DNA from: the human T2T-CHM13v2.0 reference genome, Homo sapiens
Reading direction: 5' to 3' (one strand)
Length of the DNA stretch: 64,000 bases
Assembly (NCBI RefSeq): GCF_009914755.1
Contig: NC_060933.1
Positions 47,320 through 59,872 of this stretch are shown here, in pieces. A program made the position numbers and the translations under genes. Every line of letters begins with the position of its first letter. Positions within the stretch are counted from its first letter, which is position 1. Below the pieces are notes generated by a model. The model was given only the letters and a program-made list of their open reading frames with translations. It searched no databases and had not been told where the DNA came from.

Positions 47320-48195
47320 AAAGAATAAACAAAAAACAAATAGTAGATGTTAGACTTAAAATTAATCATATAAACAATCATATTAAAGGTAAGTAGTGCA
47401 AACACTCCTATTAAATGGCAATGATGGTCAGATTAGATGAGAAAGCAAGATCCAACTATATGTTGCCTACAAGAAACACACTTTAAATAAAAAAGACTCA
47501 AATAGCCTAAGTGTAAACACATGGAAAAATATATATTATGCTAATAATAGTTTTTAAAAAAGCTGGATTGGCTATATTAAACAAAGTAGATTTCAGTGCA
47601 AAAATTATTATAAAAGGTAAAGAAAATTATTTTGTAATGATTAAGATGTTCTTTCATCAGAGAACATAATCCTAAACATGCAAACACTTAATAACAGAGC
47701 TTCAAAATACACGAAATGAAATCTAGTAAAACTGAATGAAATAGATAAATCCACAATGACAGTAGGAGATTCTAGCACCCCGTCTCAGTAACTGATTGCA
47801 CAAGAAGACAGAAAATAGGGATTCAGAAGTATTAATTATCACTATCAACCTATATGATTCATTGATATTTATGGAATGTTTCACCTAACAGAAGAACATG
47901 TATTCTTTTTCGAGTTCATTTGGAACTTTTACCAAAATAGACCATTAAACGAGTCATTAAACAAGTTTCAACAAAGTTAAAATCATTTAAGTCATGTAAA
48001 GTATATCTTTGTGATATACAATAGATTAAAATAAGAAATCAGCAATAGCAACTTCTCTGAAAAATCCAGGAATATTAGGAAACTAATAACACATACTTCA
48101 TACTCAATGAATCAAAGAAGAAACTAAAAGGGAAATTAGCAAGTATTTCAAGCTGAATGAAAATGAAAATACAACTTATCAAAATCTATGGGCTG
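47320..48195 (+). mobile_element. Old L1M ORF2 (endonuclease region) fragment
   Basis: agatccaactatatgttgcctacaagaaacacacttt (CCLQETH-like), gtaggagattctagcacccc (GDF-like), acaacttatcaaaatctatgg. Confidence 0.78.
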
Positions 48196-50522
48196 GAACT
48201 TCTGGCTTCTGCCCCAGGAAGTAGAAAGCTATAAGGAGCCTCATTTCCACCCTTACAACAAACTTCAAGTTCATGATCTTTTACAAATGCATTGGAGAGT
48301 TGAGCTTGCAGAACCACCACCTGGCCTAAAATCTAAAGAGATATGAACCTCGCAGGGAGAGATGTGAGCAGGAGCTCACCTTAGATAGATGAAACCAGAG
48401 GTCAGTAAGAAAAGTTCAGCTGGAATAGTTAACAAAATGGTGAAACCTACTGTGCAGGCTGGTGGGACAGTGAGAAATCCTTTATCACCCCAGAAGTTGG
48501 GGGAGTGTTCCCTCTTGCAGGCACTTGCTCCACAGGCCATTGGCAGAAACTCACATGCAGTCCACTGAGAACTCTATTTGGCCCTCACAGAAAATATCAG
48601 AAAGAGCCCTAAAGGTTAAATGACTCAGCCTATAACCTCCCTTATCTCCACATCTTGATTTTTGCATAGGTGTAGTTCCATTCATCTTGGTAACTAACTG
48701 CATAATTTAATAAAACCATCATTGTGCATTTTTTCATTCATCCAATAAAGTATCTGATGAGACATATAATCTCAAATTATCACTTGAGCAGGCAAAGAAG
48801 CCATTATCTTCACTTGGTGAGTAGAAACAATTAGGCAAAAGTGATGGGTGATGTGCAAATGGGGCATATGCGGAGAGGGCTGGAATGGAGTCAGGGCACC
48901 CTGAGGCTGATGGCACGCCTCTCATTGTGTTCCATTTCCCACAGATAGTGTGTTTACTTTCTTCAGGGAGTGATTAAACACGTGTATTTGTCTTTCTTAT
49001 TAAATGACAATTGATGTCATGCAAGGAAACACGAGAGTGAAATGCTGAGAAGTGAATATTTTAGTGAATATCAAATTATCCATCTGTATGTGATTGATTG
49101 CTCAGTCAACCAAAATCCCCTAGTCCACCCCCTAAAAAAAAAGAGATGGTAATATTTACATTTTTCCTAAGGATATTATGTAGTTAAACTAATTATAGTT
49201 TATGAAATTGCTGTTAAAGCCTCATATGAAGAGAGACATGCATTTATTATTGCATGTAACAGGACACTATCAAAATATGATGCAAAAGGAATGTCCTCTA
49301 AACATTACAATAATGTTTATTTTAAGTTGCTATTAACAGAGGAATTTTTTTAGAGGCAAGCACACAACAGGGACAATGTGGGGCATCAGAATTCTGCTAA
49401 CGTTTGTCCCACTGAATTCTTTGGAAAAAATATGACAACCTAAAAAAATCCAGTTGGCAAAAATTAATGTGAAAGAAAATAGGTGAATCTGCACCATGTC
49501 CTATAGAAGTTCTGGAATGCCTCCCTTAACACTGACTTTAATAACTAATGTAGGAGAGTTGGTTATAGGACCAATTGTTGTAATTTACCATTTTCATCAT
49601 TGGTCATAGTCCTTTTGAATCAGTTTTGAAGCACAAATTAAACTGCCAGTCAGAATTTAAATGTTATTTAAGAAAAAAATTATTTTGAAATACAGCTTCA
49701 CATGAATTGGCAAAGACAGTACAGAGAAGTGATGTGTACTCTTCACCTAGTTTCTACCAATGGTTACATCTTATAAAATTACAGTACAATATCAAAACCA
49801 GGAAACGATGTATCTATCCAGTTGTATGACACGTTTAGGGTCCGTAACCCCCACCACAATCAAGAAAGAGAATGACTTCACTACCACGACAATCCTCCTC
49901 ATTGGTACCCTTTACAGTTATACATAGCAACCACTAATTTGTTTTCTATCTCTATAATTTCCTCAATTCCTCAGGTTCCTAGATGGTCTGTCTTCCCTAC
50001 ATTTTTTCATTCTTATGTTTATTTTATATATAAAGTTCCTTTTAAAATGTACTTATCAGGAAGAATATATTAAAGACATGTACTTCATCTCTCCGGAGCA
50101 GAAGCTGGCAATATGATGGTGAATACAGTGTCCCTTTATTCTTGAGTGATTCCAGTTGCCTCTGGTAAACAGGAAGTTTCCTATTCAACCTCACCTTTCT
50201 TGCCAAGAACTGCATGACAGTTGAGCTGTCACATGTATCACTGGATTTTTTTGAACAGGAAAAAAGTGAAAGGACAACATTTTTAGAAGGAAGAACGCAA
50301 ACTGTAAGAGAGTGATGCGAAAATCCTAGAGAGGAGTGGGACGGCATTCTTCATTAAGAGTAATTGGTAACATTAAGCAACAATTAAGTACATAAAGAAA
50401 TCATGGCCTATCAGTAGCTTTAATTTTATTACTAAATAGCAACCAGTTCAATGAATATGCCACATTGTGGTTATCCATTCAGTGGCTGATGGACATTTGA
50501 GTTGTTTCCAGTTTTTGTCTAC

Positions 50523-50883
50523 TGTATTAGTCCATCTTCACACTGCTGATGAAGACATATCTGAGACTGGGTAATTCATAAAGAAAAAAGGTTTAATGGA
50601 TTCACATTTCCATGTGGCTGAGGAGGCCTCACAATCATGGCAGAAGGCGAAAAGCATATTTTACGTGGCAGCAAACAAGAGAGAATGATTATCAAGCAAA
50701 AGGGGGTCCCCCTTATAAAACCATCAGACCTTGTGAGATTGATTCTCAACTACGAGAACAGTATGGGGGAAACCGCCCCCATGATTCAGTTATCTCCCAC
50801 TGGGTCCCTCCCACAACACCTAGGAATTATGAGAGCTACAATTCAAGATGAGATCTGAGTGGGGACACAGCCAAACCATATCA
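50523..50883 (-). mobile_element. THE1 (MaLR) solo LTR
   Basis: tgtattagtcc ... ggggacacagccaaaccatatca; 5-bp TSD tctac at 50518-50522 and 50884-50888. Confidence 0.92.
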
Positions 50884-50926
50884 TCTACTATGAATAATGT
50901 TGCTATGAATATATATATATATATAA

Positions 50927-51274
50927 ATTTTTTTTACATTTTTTACATTTTTGCATTTACTTTTTTTTTTTACATTTTTTTTTACATTTTACAACAGGCG
51001 GAGTCTCGCTCTGTTGCCCAGGCCAAGATTCAATGCAATCTCAGCTCACTGCAACCTCCACCTCCCAGGTTCAAGCGATTCTCCTGCCTCAGCTACCCGA
51101 GTAGCTAGGATTCCTGGTGTGCACCACCACGTCCAGCTAATTTTTGTATTTTTAGTGGACACGGGGTTTCGCCATGTTGGCCAGGCTGGTCTCAAACTCC
51201 TGACCTCAAGTAATCCACCCACCTCGCCCTCTCAAACTGGCGGCATTACAGGTGTGAGCCACTGTGCCCAGCCT
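50927..51274 (-). mobile_element. AluS whose tail has become a (T-run)ACA repeat
   Basis: Antisense dimer from ~50998; patterned tail 50927-50993. Confidence 0.88.
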
Positions 51275-51789
51275 CTATGAACATTTAAGTCTTAGAGTGG
51301 ACATACATTTTTTGGAGTGGAATTGCTAGGTTATATGGTAAGTACATGCTTTTACTTTTTAAGAAACTGCCAAACTATTCTCCAAGGTGGTGGCACTATT
51401 TACATTCCCACCAACAAAGTATGACAATTAGGATTATTACAATTAGGACAATTCCAGTTTCTTCCAATCTATAAACATAGTGTGTCTCTCAATTTATTTG
51501 AGTCTTCTTTATTTTCTAATAGCTATGTTTTATAGTGTTCCATGAACAGGTCCTGCACACCTTTCGTAAGATCTACATTTAAGTATTTTATTTTTTAATG
51601 CTATTGTGAATGAAATTCTTTTCTTAATTTGATAATCAGATTGTTACTACTACATAAAAAAGAATTGATTTTTGTATATTAACCTTGTATCCTGTTAACT
51701 TGTTAAAATTCACTTATTAGTTGGTGTCTTTTAGATTTCTAGATTTCTTAGAAGATCTCCATATAGGAACATGTTATCCATACACAATA

Positions 51790-52160
51790 ATGTATGGAGA
51801 GACAGTCCACTTTAAGCAGCTTGCACTCCTACATGTTTTGTTGGGTCTGCTAAGACTACAAAGGCCTAAAAGCTCTTTTATGGACCCTTTTTTCATGGTT
51901 GTTTATGCAGCTGGTAACCTTGAGAGGTGAGGTTACATTTTCTTCCACACAAAGAGCCTTCTCACTTACTACTTGCTATAACTGCAGTAGATTCCCCAAG
52001 CTCATTATTTCTCAGCTGCAATACAAGTCTGCTATGAGTGTAATATTCATACGTGCCCTATTGCATTGCCCCTGTGGGCCTCAGGGGCAAAGGAGACAGA
52101 TACAAATATGCTGAAACTCATGTTGTTGTTTGTGGTGCCATGAGTAATATAGTTCACAGG
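51790..52160 (+). mobile_element. ERVL-type LTR fragment (LTR40/LTR47-like)
   Basis: ctcatgttgttgtttgtggtgccatgagtaatatagt resembles the polyA-signal region of these LTRs; recalled only. Confidence 0.4.
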
Positions 52161-52249
52161 TGTTGCCATTCTTTAATTTTAGCCATCCTAGAGAACATAT
52201 TATCTCTCTATGATATTAACTTATATTTCTCTAATGGTTAATGATTTTA

Positions 52250-52870
52250 ATACCAAATGTTGACCAGGATAAGAAGCAACTAGAATTGACACACATTGGC
52301 AATGGGAGTATAACATGTTCAAGGGCTTTTGAAAATAGTTTGACAGTTTCTTTAGAGTTTCACATACTGAAATTCCACTCCCAAAAGCGATGTAAAATAA
52401 TGTTTGTAGAAATTTATTCATAATAGATCCATACTGGAAACAAGCCACAAGTGTCCATTTTAAAAAGAATGGATAAACAAACAGCACAATTGAAATCTAC
52501 TCAGCAATAGAAGGAAATGTGCCACAAATCCACGCAACAACATGGATGGATCTCAGAAACCTTATGCTCCCTAAAGGGAGCTGGATACAAAAGCTTCTGT
52601 ATGATTCTGGTACTGTATGACTTTTTGTAAGTTCAAAAGCACAAGCCAACCTAAATAATATGACAGAAAGTAGAACAGTGATAGGTGGGAGGTGCCTAGA
52701 TAATCAATAAAAAGTATTAAGAAATGGTAAGGGGGTGATGAACTGATCTGTAACTTGATCTGGGCTCTGGTAATACAGGCGTATACATCTGTAAATATTA
52801 ACCAAATGGCACACTTTATGCATTTAATTGTATTTTAAGTTATGCCTCAATTTCAAAAATTTTAAAAATA
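52250..52870 (+). mobile_element. L1ME-type 3' fragment
   Basis: cacacattggcaatgggagtataa...ctggaaacaagccacaagtgtccat...aacatggatggatctcagaaac. Confidence 0.72.
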
Positions 52871-53414
52871 ATTTTTAAAGTGACCCAAGAGAATCAGACC
52901 AGCCAAATATTTCTTGTTCTCATGTCTAATCTATATTAACATCCTTATGAATATTTTGTTTGTTTGAATGCCACTTCCTGTCATAGTACTAACAACCTAT
53001 TTTAGATGAATTTTAAAGTTACATATGCTGCTGAAGCATACTCTTTGCGTAAGTAAGTAAGATTAATTTCTTTAAAATCTACATATTTCTTCAATCGAAA
53101 CACATTTTGCTATAGATAACTTGATGCTATTTTGTTTGGCCTGTAGTCAGCTGAATCATTCAACATTTGTAACATATTCACATTGTCATATGCTACAAAT
53201 CTGAGGAAAAAAAAGCATAAAAATAGAATGCCATTGGACTTACTAATTCTAAGAACTATTAAAAGGCACAGATAAAAAATTTAGTAAACAATATCCTCAG
53301 GCAAAATATTTTCTGTTGTATTAATGTTCTACTTTTCAGGTCCTTTGTTGCATATGTAAATTGGCACATCTAACACCTAGGCACATTGGGAAGCTTAGTG
53401 TAGCTTCTGACCTA

Positions 53415-53645
<231 letters not shown>

Positions 53646-55006
53646 AGGGTAATCCCAGCTGTTCAGGGAAAGGGAAAGGGAAAAAGGGTGAAAGGGGGAA
53701 AGGAGAAAGAAGGGGAAAGAAGGGGAAAAGGGAGGGGAGGGGAGGGGAGAAGAAAAATGTAGGGGAATTTAATTCTTATTAGATTAGTTATCTTAAATAT
53801 TTGCTACATTTACATTATTCTATCAGAGATTGATACTCTTTATATTTTTAAATTATTGCATACATTTTTATCAATTTCTATCCTCTAGATTCCTCATACA
53901 AAACAATGAAATCTCACATCCTATTCTGTTTTGGGATATTGCACTGTGCAGAATAGTGGAAATTCTAAGTAGTTAAAGATCGCATACTATAACAAACCAT
54001 TTGTGGGTCATTTCCCCAATGTAAGAATTTTGCTTTTATTTATTAATATGATTTTAAACTATGGTGCCAAGTTTTCATTAGGAGTTATACTTTCTAATGT
54101 GGGAAATAAATATCTTGATATTGAAAAGCCCTTACAAATATCCTGAGCTATTCATTTTGTATTAAAAATATTCAGTAATTATTTTCTCTGCCTCTTAATC
54201 ACTGAACCTAGTCAGTGTGCCAAGAAAGCATGATCACATGGAAGGACATCTGAATAGTGGAGAAATATGAGGAGTGGAGGGAAAAGATCCAATATGTTTC
54301 CATTTGCTCTGTGTTTGCAGTTTATCACACAGGTTTCTAAATTATCCTTGTCTATGAAATTCATTCCCATACACCAACGTTAATTTCCATTCAAACCCAC
54401 GGGCTTGCTCCCTGATTGTACTCTGCACGTGAGAGTTCATGGTTTTCAATATATAAAGCCCGTTTGAATCATTAACGCTTCTGGCTGAGAATGAGAGTTA
54501 ACGCAAGCACTTTCTAAAAACAGAAAAAGAGGGCAAAATACATATACGCTTTTGCCTAGCCAGTTTCAATTTGCTTCTAGCAAAATTATCCATTTCATCC
54601 CTACTCCTGCACTTCTATTTCATATTAACGAAGGAGAATATGTACTTATTAAAATGGAAAGTTGTCTCACATAAAATGCTACTGAGCCAATCCAATGAAT
54701 GTTCGCAATTAAAGGTATAATAATCATAAAAAGAAGAAAACTTGATAAGCAAAAGAATAATCAAGTACTAGCATGAGTTACTAAGTGTTTTATTTCTTAA
54801 GCTTTTGTCTAAATAACTTTGGATCACATAGTTTTCTTAAGGAGACACTTAAGAAGAATGACAAATGGAGCTCTACTTTTTCTTTATTTGCCTTTTCTTG
54901 TATCAAATGCCCCATCATATTTTAGAAATCTTGGTTTTGCAGAAAAATTTAGCAATGTGCAATTCCAGGAAATATCAATGTAAACTTAATGACAACAAAG
55001 TCAGGT

Positions 55007-55469
55007 TTAATAGTCAAATCCAAATTTCAAGAATTTCATATTTTATATAATGGCACCAATTTTCCTGCAGCTGAATATACACAATCTGACTATACCTATA
55101 TGTCAGTATACATACATATATATACTGAAATATATATGTATGTATATACTGACATATATAGTCAGTATATGACTATGACTATAGTCAGTATATATGACTA
55201 TGACTATATATAGTCAGTATACAGTTAGTATACACTAACATATATGTATATGTGTATATGTACTGACATATATGTGTGTTTATATGCACACACACTGACC
55301 ATGTATGTACTGACATATATATACACACACTCACACTGACCGTATATATGTATATATTCCTGCAACTGAATACACACACACACACACACACACACATACA
55401 TTCAGCTTCAGGAAAACTGGTGCCATTACATAAAATATAAAGTTCTTGAAATTTGGATTTGACTATTAA
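55007..55469. repeat. Inverted repeat: 70-bp arms (55007-55076 and 55400-55469, 65/70 identical) around a 323-bp TA/CA-rich spacer
   Basis: Manual alignment; also visible as near-identical peptides LIVKSKFQE..IL.NGT.FP.AE in opposite-strand ORFs. Confidence 0.95.
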
Positions 55470-55489
55470 GTACACACTGACTCTCTCTA

Positions 55490-55490
55490 A

Positions 55491-55531
<41 letters not shown>

Positions 55532-55600
55532 TATAGTATATATTTAGTACATAGTACATACACACACACAGATATATACATACATGTGTATTTATGTACA
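55490..55600. repeat. (TA)n(CA)n compound microsatellite
   Basis: Direct reading. Confidence 0.88.
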
Positions 55601-56509
55601 TTTATTGAACACATTAAAATCTATTAATTTGCAAAATTATATATACAAAATTAATCATACACTTGTGATGAACCTTTTCATTCTTTCATGTTTCTTTGCA
55701 TGAAGAAGTAAGAGAGTTGTTTGGATATTAGAGTGGAAGAGTATACATACATAATCAGAAATTTCCAGAGGAAACATGAAGAGATGTCAACTATTTCTCC
55801 ATTTTTTATTGATAATGCTTTCCAGAATCATGACTTTTGATTTTTGTTGTGCTATAATTACTCGCTCTTTACAATGTCCACTTACTTCCTTGAGGGATAT
55901 GACAGGAAGATTGAGAAAAACTGTGGCTGGAAGGCCGGCAGTGCTGTAGAGACCCTGGGACCTGGGCCCTTCTTCTTTGGCTCCAGGTCATCCTGTGGTC
56001 TCCCCACCTTCCTCCTGCTTCCCTGGGCCCTCCTCACAACACTTCACAGACTTCTGTCCTCGTCTTGTTGCAACATCTTTTCTAAAATGTATTTTACAAT
56101 AATTTCTCTACATTTCCTAAGCATCTGAAACGTAGTGTGACAATTTCATATATATTAATACTTTAAACTATACAATTCCTCATTCTGGTTTAGGAAAAAT
56201 TACAAATCAGTTTAAAACTATTTTGGCAAGCAATCTAAATTAACTACAGAATATCTTCTTATTGCTTTCCTGTAATAGGAAAGAGGTGGCGATGAGATGG
56301 TACACAGGTAATCCTTTATGAAAGCTATGGAATTCAGGGCATTGCTAATTCTTACTAAAATATGTGGAAACTTAGCAACTTTGAGCATCATAAAAAATAA
56401 ATAGGAAGATACATGGAAGAAAAACCATGTTCTCTAAAACCCCATAAAGCTAAGTTTTCTAAATATAATGAAATGTAAAATTTTTAAAAAATCTGACTTT
56501 TTTCTGGTT

Positions 56510-56632
56510 TATTTTCCTTTTTAATTTTTAATTTTTGTGGGTATGTAGTAGTTGTATGTATTTATAGGGTACATGAGATATTTTGATACAGGCATGTAAT
56601 ACATAATAATCACATCATAGAGACTGGGGTAT
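56510..56632 (-). mobile_element. L1MA-type 3' fragment
   Basis: tttttgtgggtatgtagtag...gggtacatgagatattttgatacaggcatg. Confidence 0.75.
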
Positions 56633-57594
56633 CTGACTTAAGCAGCTTTTGTACTGGACCACACTTAAAATAGTTTAAAGCTAAAATAATGGTATACAAA
56701 GAATTATCAGCACAGTCAACAATCATCATCATCATCATCATCATTTTCCGTTTTTTCAATCTGAACCAAAGGGAGATTGTTATATCTACTGACAAATACA
56801 AAAATCAAATGGGATTATGAGAATGGTCCTGTGTCAGCTAGTTATAAATAGAAAATACACATATATATCCTATTGGAAGGAAAATACACATATACACACA
56901 TCACCCAAATGGTGATGTTTTACAACACGTTATGTATAAAATTAGGCATAAAACTGAACTTTAATTTTCAGTGAAGTATGAATAAAATAGTGAAGAGCTC
57001 TCCAGGTTGACAATTATAGGAACAATTCTAAAACTACTCATCAGCTGATTGGGACTCCTTATAAAATTAATTTAAATGCACCAAAAGCCATATTGCATTT
57101 ATACTATAGAAGGTAAAACTGGTACAGCCATTTCATAAAAAGATTTTTGATATTTTCCTGTTTTTTTAAATTGAATAATTGTGACACAGAGAATGAGAAA
57201 TGCATTAATCTTATTCTTAGAGGTTTCTCTGTCGAGTTTAAGTTGCCAATGTCATATGCCTGGCAGTGTGGTGGCCAATTTAAATGGAACCATAGGGGAT
57301 TCATTCAGTCCATGTAAACTACTTAAACATCACCTGACGGTCCCCTCCCCTGCACCGTGGGCTGCCATAACCTAATTTAACAAGCTCTTTCAGAGTTTGG
57401 ACATTTCTTTGGTAACAACTGACATTACCTGGCATTATTTCATGTTTTATTCTGAATTATTCTACTACAGAAGCTTAAGTTTAATTCCATCTATACATAT
57501 TATTTAATGTTTGCTTTGTCATGGCTCTGAGCTAGATGTTGTGAAACAATGTGCTTAACTGCCACTTTTACTCCCACTGTTGATACTACTAATT

Positions 57595-57908
57595 GCCGGG
57601 CGCGGTGGCTCACACCTGTAATCCCAGCACTTTGGGAGGCCAAGGTGGCCGAGGCGGATCACGAGGTCAGGAGTTGAGCCTGGCCAACATGGTGAAACCC
57701 CGTCTCTACTAAAAATACAAAAAATTAGCCAGGCGTGGTGGCGCGACCCTGTAATCCCAGTTACTCAGAAGGCTGAGGCAGGAGAATAGCTTGAACCCAG
57801 GAAGCGGAGGTTGCAGTCAGCCGAGATCACGTCACTGCACTCCAGCCTGGGTGACAGGGTGAGGCTCCATCTCAAAAACCAAACCAAAACAAAACAAATT
57901 AAAAAAAA
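57595..57908 (+). mobile_element. AluS
   Basis: Full dimer; TSD actactaatt at 57585-57594 and 57909-57918. Confidence 0.93.
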
Positions 57909-57979
57909 ACTACTAATTATAATTTTTGCTTCAGCAGCACTCAGTAGATTTTAGCTACTTTGGATCAGATCATATACTA

Positions 57980-58420
57980 ATTTTTTAATTATGGTAATAC
58001 ACATCACAGGAAATTTACCATTTGAACTGTTTTATATGTAAAGTTCAGTAGCATTAAGTACATTCACATTGTGCAACCATCACTACCATCCATCTCTAGA
58101 GCTGTTTCACCTTCCCAAATGAAAACTCTGAACCCACTAACAATAACCTCCATTACCAGCCCCTGGCAACCACTATTCTATTTCTTGTCTCTATGAATTT
58201 CACTACTCTAGGTACCTCATATAAATGAATAACGTAGTAGTTGTCCTTTTGTGTCTAGCTTATTTTCCTTAGCATAATGTCTTGAAAGTTCATCTGTGTT
58301 ACAGTACGGGCCAGAATTTTCTTCCTACACTGCACTAGGCTTCTCCGTTTGTCCATCAATGGAAATTTGGGTTGTTTCTCTTTTGGCTCTTGTGGATACA
58401 CCTGCTGTGAACATTGATGT
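57980..58420 (-). mobile_element. L1MB-type 3' fragment
   Basis: gttcagtagcattaagtacattcacattgtgcaaccatcac...cagcccctggcaaccactattcta. Confidence 0.8.
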
Positions 58421-58434
58421 AACATAACCTAATT

Positions 58435-58605
58435 ATTTTATGTGTATTAATTCATTTAATCTTCACAACCTATTTTACTCAAGTTAACTGTTTCATGATA
58501 GGTACTTTACTAATCCCATTTTATAACTGAGGAAACAAAAACTCAGGGAGATAAAGGAATTTGTCCAAAGTCACACAGCTAGTAAGGGGTAGAGCCTGGA
58601 TGATT
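58435..58605 (-). mobile_element. MIR
   Basis: attcatttaatcttcacaacc...cccattttataactgaggaaac...tgtccaaagtcacacagctagtaag. Confidence 0.75.
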
Positions 58606-58789
58606 CCAAGCTTATCCCTAATCACTAAGGATAAGATAGCACCCTTCCTTCAAGGAAGTTAGAATTGCACAAAGCGTAAGAAAAGCATACAAACACCTAG
58701 TAAGCACACTGGCATATGATAAATGCTGAGAGCTTTTTAAGGGAAAGTGCCAGACATATTTAGCATGCAGGCTTAGTAAAAATCTAGAT

Positions 58790-59408
58790 TAGGTCTGGCA
58801 GCCAAAATCTAGGTTATGACCTGTTTATATAGCCAGAGAACTAAGAATGGTTTTACATTTGTAAAGCGTTGCATTTAAAAAAAAAAAACAAAGAGGGCGG
58901 GGGCTGGGTATGGTGGCTCAGGCCTGTAATCCCAACATTTTGGGAAGCTGAGGTGGCTGGACTGCTTGAGCCCAGGAATTCAAGACCAGCCTGAGCAACA
59001 TAATGAGATCCCATCTTTACAAAAAATATAAATGTTCGCTGGGTGTTATGACATGTGACTGTGGTCCCAGCTACTCGGGAGGCTGAGGTGGGAGGATCAC
59101 CTGAGCCCACGGAGGTTGAGGCTACACTAAGCTGTGATCTTGCCACTGTACTCCAAACCTGGGCAACAGAGCAAGACTGTGTTTCAGAAAAAGAAAGAGA
59201 AAGAGAGAAGAGGGGAAAAGAAAAAAAGAGGGAAGGAAAAAAGCAAGGAAGGAAGGAAGGAGAAGGAGGAGGAAGGGAGGGAGGGAGGGAGGGAAGACAG
59301 AGAAAGAAAAAAGAAAAAAAAGAAATGTAACAGAGACCTTACATGGTCCACAATACCAAAATCATTTTCCATCTGTCTCTTTACAGCAGAAGTTTGCTAA
59401 CTCCCATG
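58790..59408. mobile_element. MER58A-like hAT element split by an AluJ
   Basis: gaactaagaatggttttacattt before, and aacagagaccttacatggtccaca...ctttacagcagaagtttgctaactccc after, the Alu. Confidence 0.65.
58902..59322 (+). mobile_element. AluJ with expanded GA-rich tail
   Basis: J-type diagnostics (gcttgagcccagga, ggaggatcacctgagccc); purine tail ~59187-59322. Confidence 0.9.
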
Positions 59409-59411
59409 TTT

Positions 59412-59872
59412 AACTTTTATTTTTAATTGATGAATAATAATTGTACATTTTTATGAGGTGCAATGTGATGTTTGGATACATGCATACACTGTAAAATGAT
59501 CGAATCAGGCTAATCAGCATATCAGTCACCTCAAATATGTATCATTCTTTTAGCGGTGAGAATAGTTAAAATTCTCTCATATATTTCAAAACAGACAACA
59601 CTTATTAACTCTATTCACTATGCTGTGCAAAAGAACAACAGAAATTATTATTCCTATCTACCCAAAACTATGTACCTACTGACCAACATCTCCCCCTTCC
59701 CTATCCACCTTCTCCTCTAGCGTCTGGTAACCACCATTCTACTCTCTACTTCTGTGAGCACTGTCTTTAAATTCCACATGTAAGTGAGACTATATGGTAT
59801 TTGTCTCTCTGTGCCTGGTTTATTTCACTTAACATAATGTCCTCCAGGTTCATCCATGTTATCACAAGTGTC
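59412..59872 (-). mobile_element. L1MA-type 3' fragment
   Basis: ataataattgtacattttta...gtgcctggtttatttcacttaacataatgtcctccaggttcatccatgtt. Confidence 0.82.

Larger units (their letters stand above)
49672..51760 (-). mobile_element. Old L1MC-type fragments interrupted by an unclassified segment, THE1 and Alu
   Basis: L1 antisense motifs at 49672-49962, 50420-50522, 50884-50905 and 51275-51760. Confidence 0.65.

Noticed and set aside
55080-55400. Recurrent gtcagta/tactgac/gactat units resembling a repeat-spacer array
   Set aside because: Irregular low-complexity microsatellite in a primate intron; no constant repeat, unique spacers or cas genes, so not CRISPR-like.
58610-58634. Small hairpin cttatcc...ggataag
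   Set aside because: A 7-bp stem is within chance expectation.
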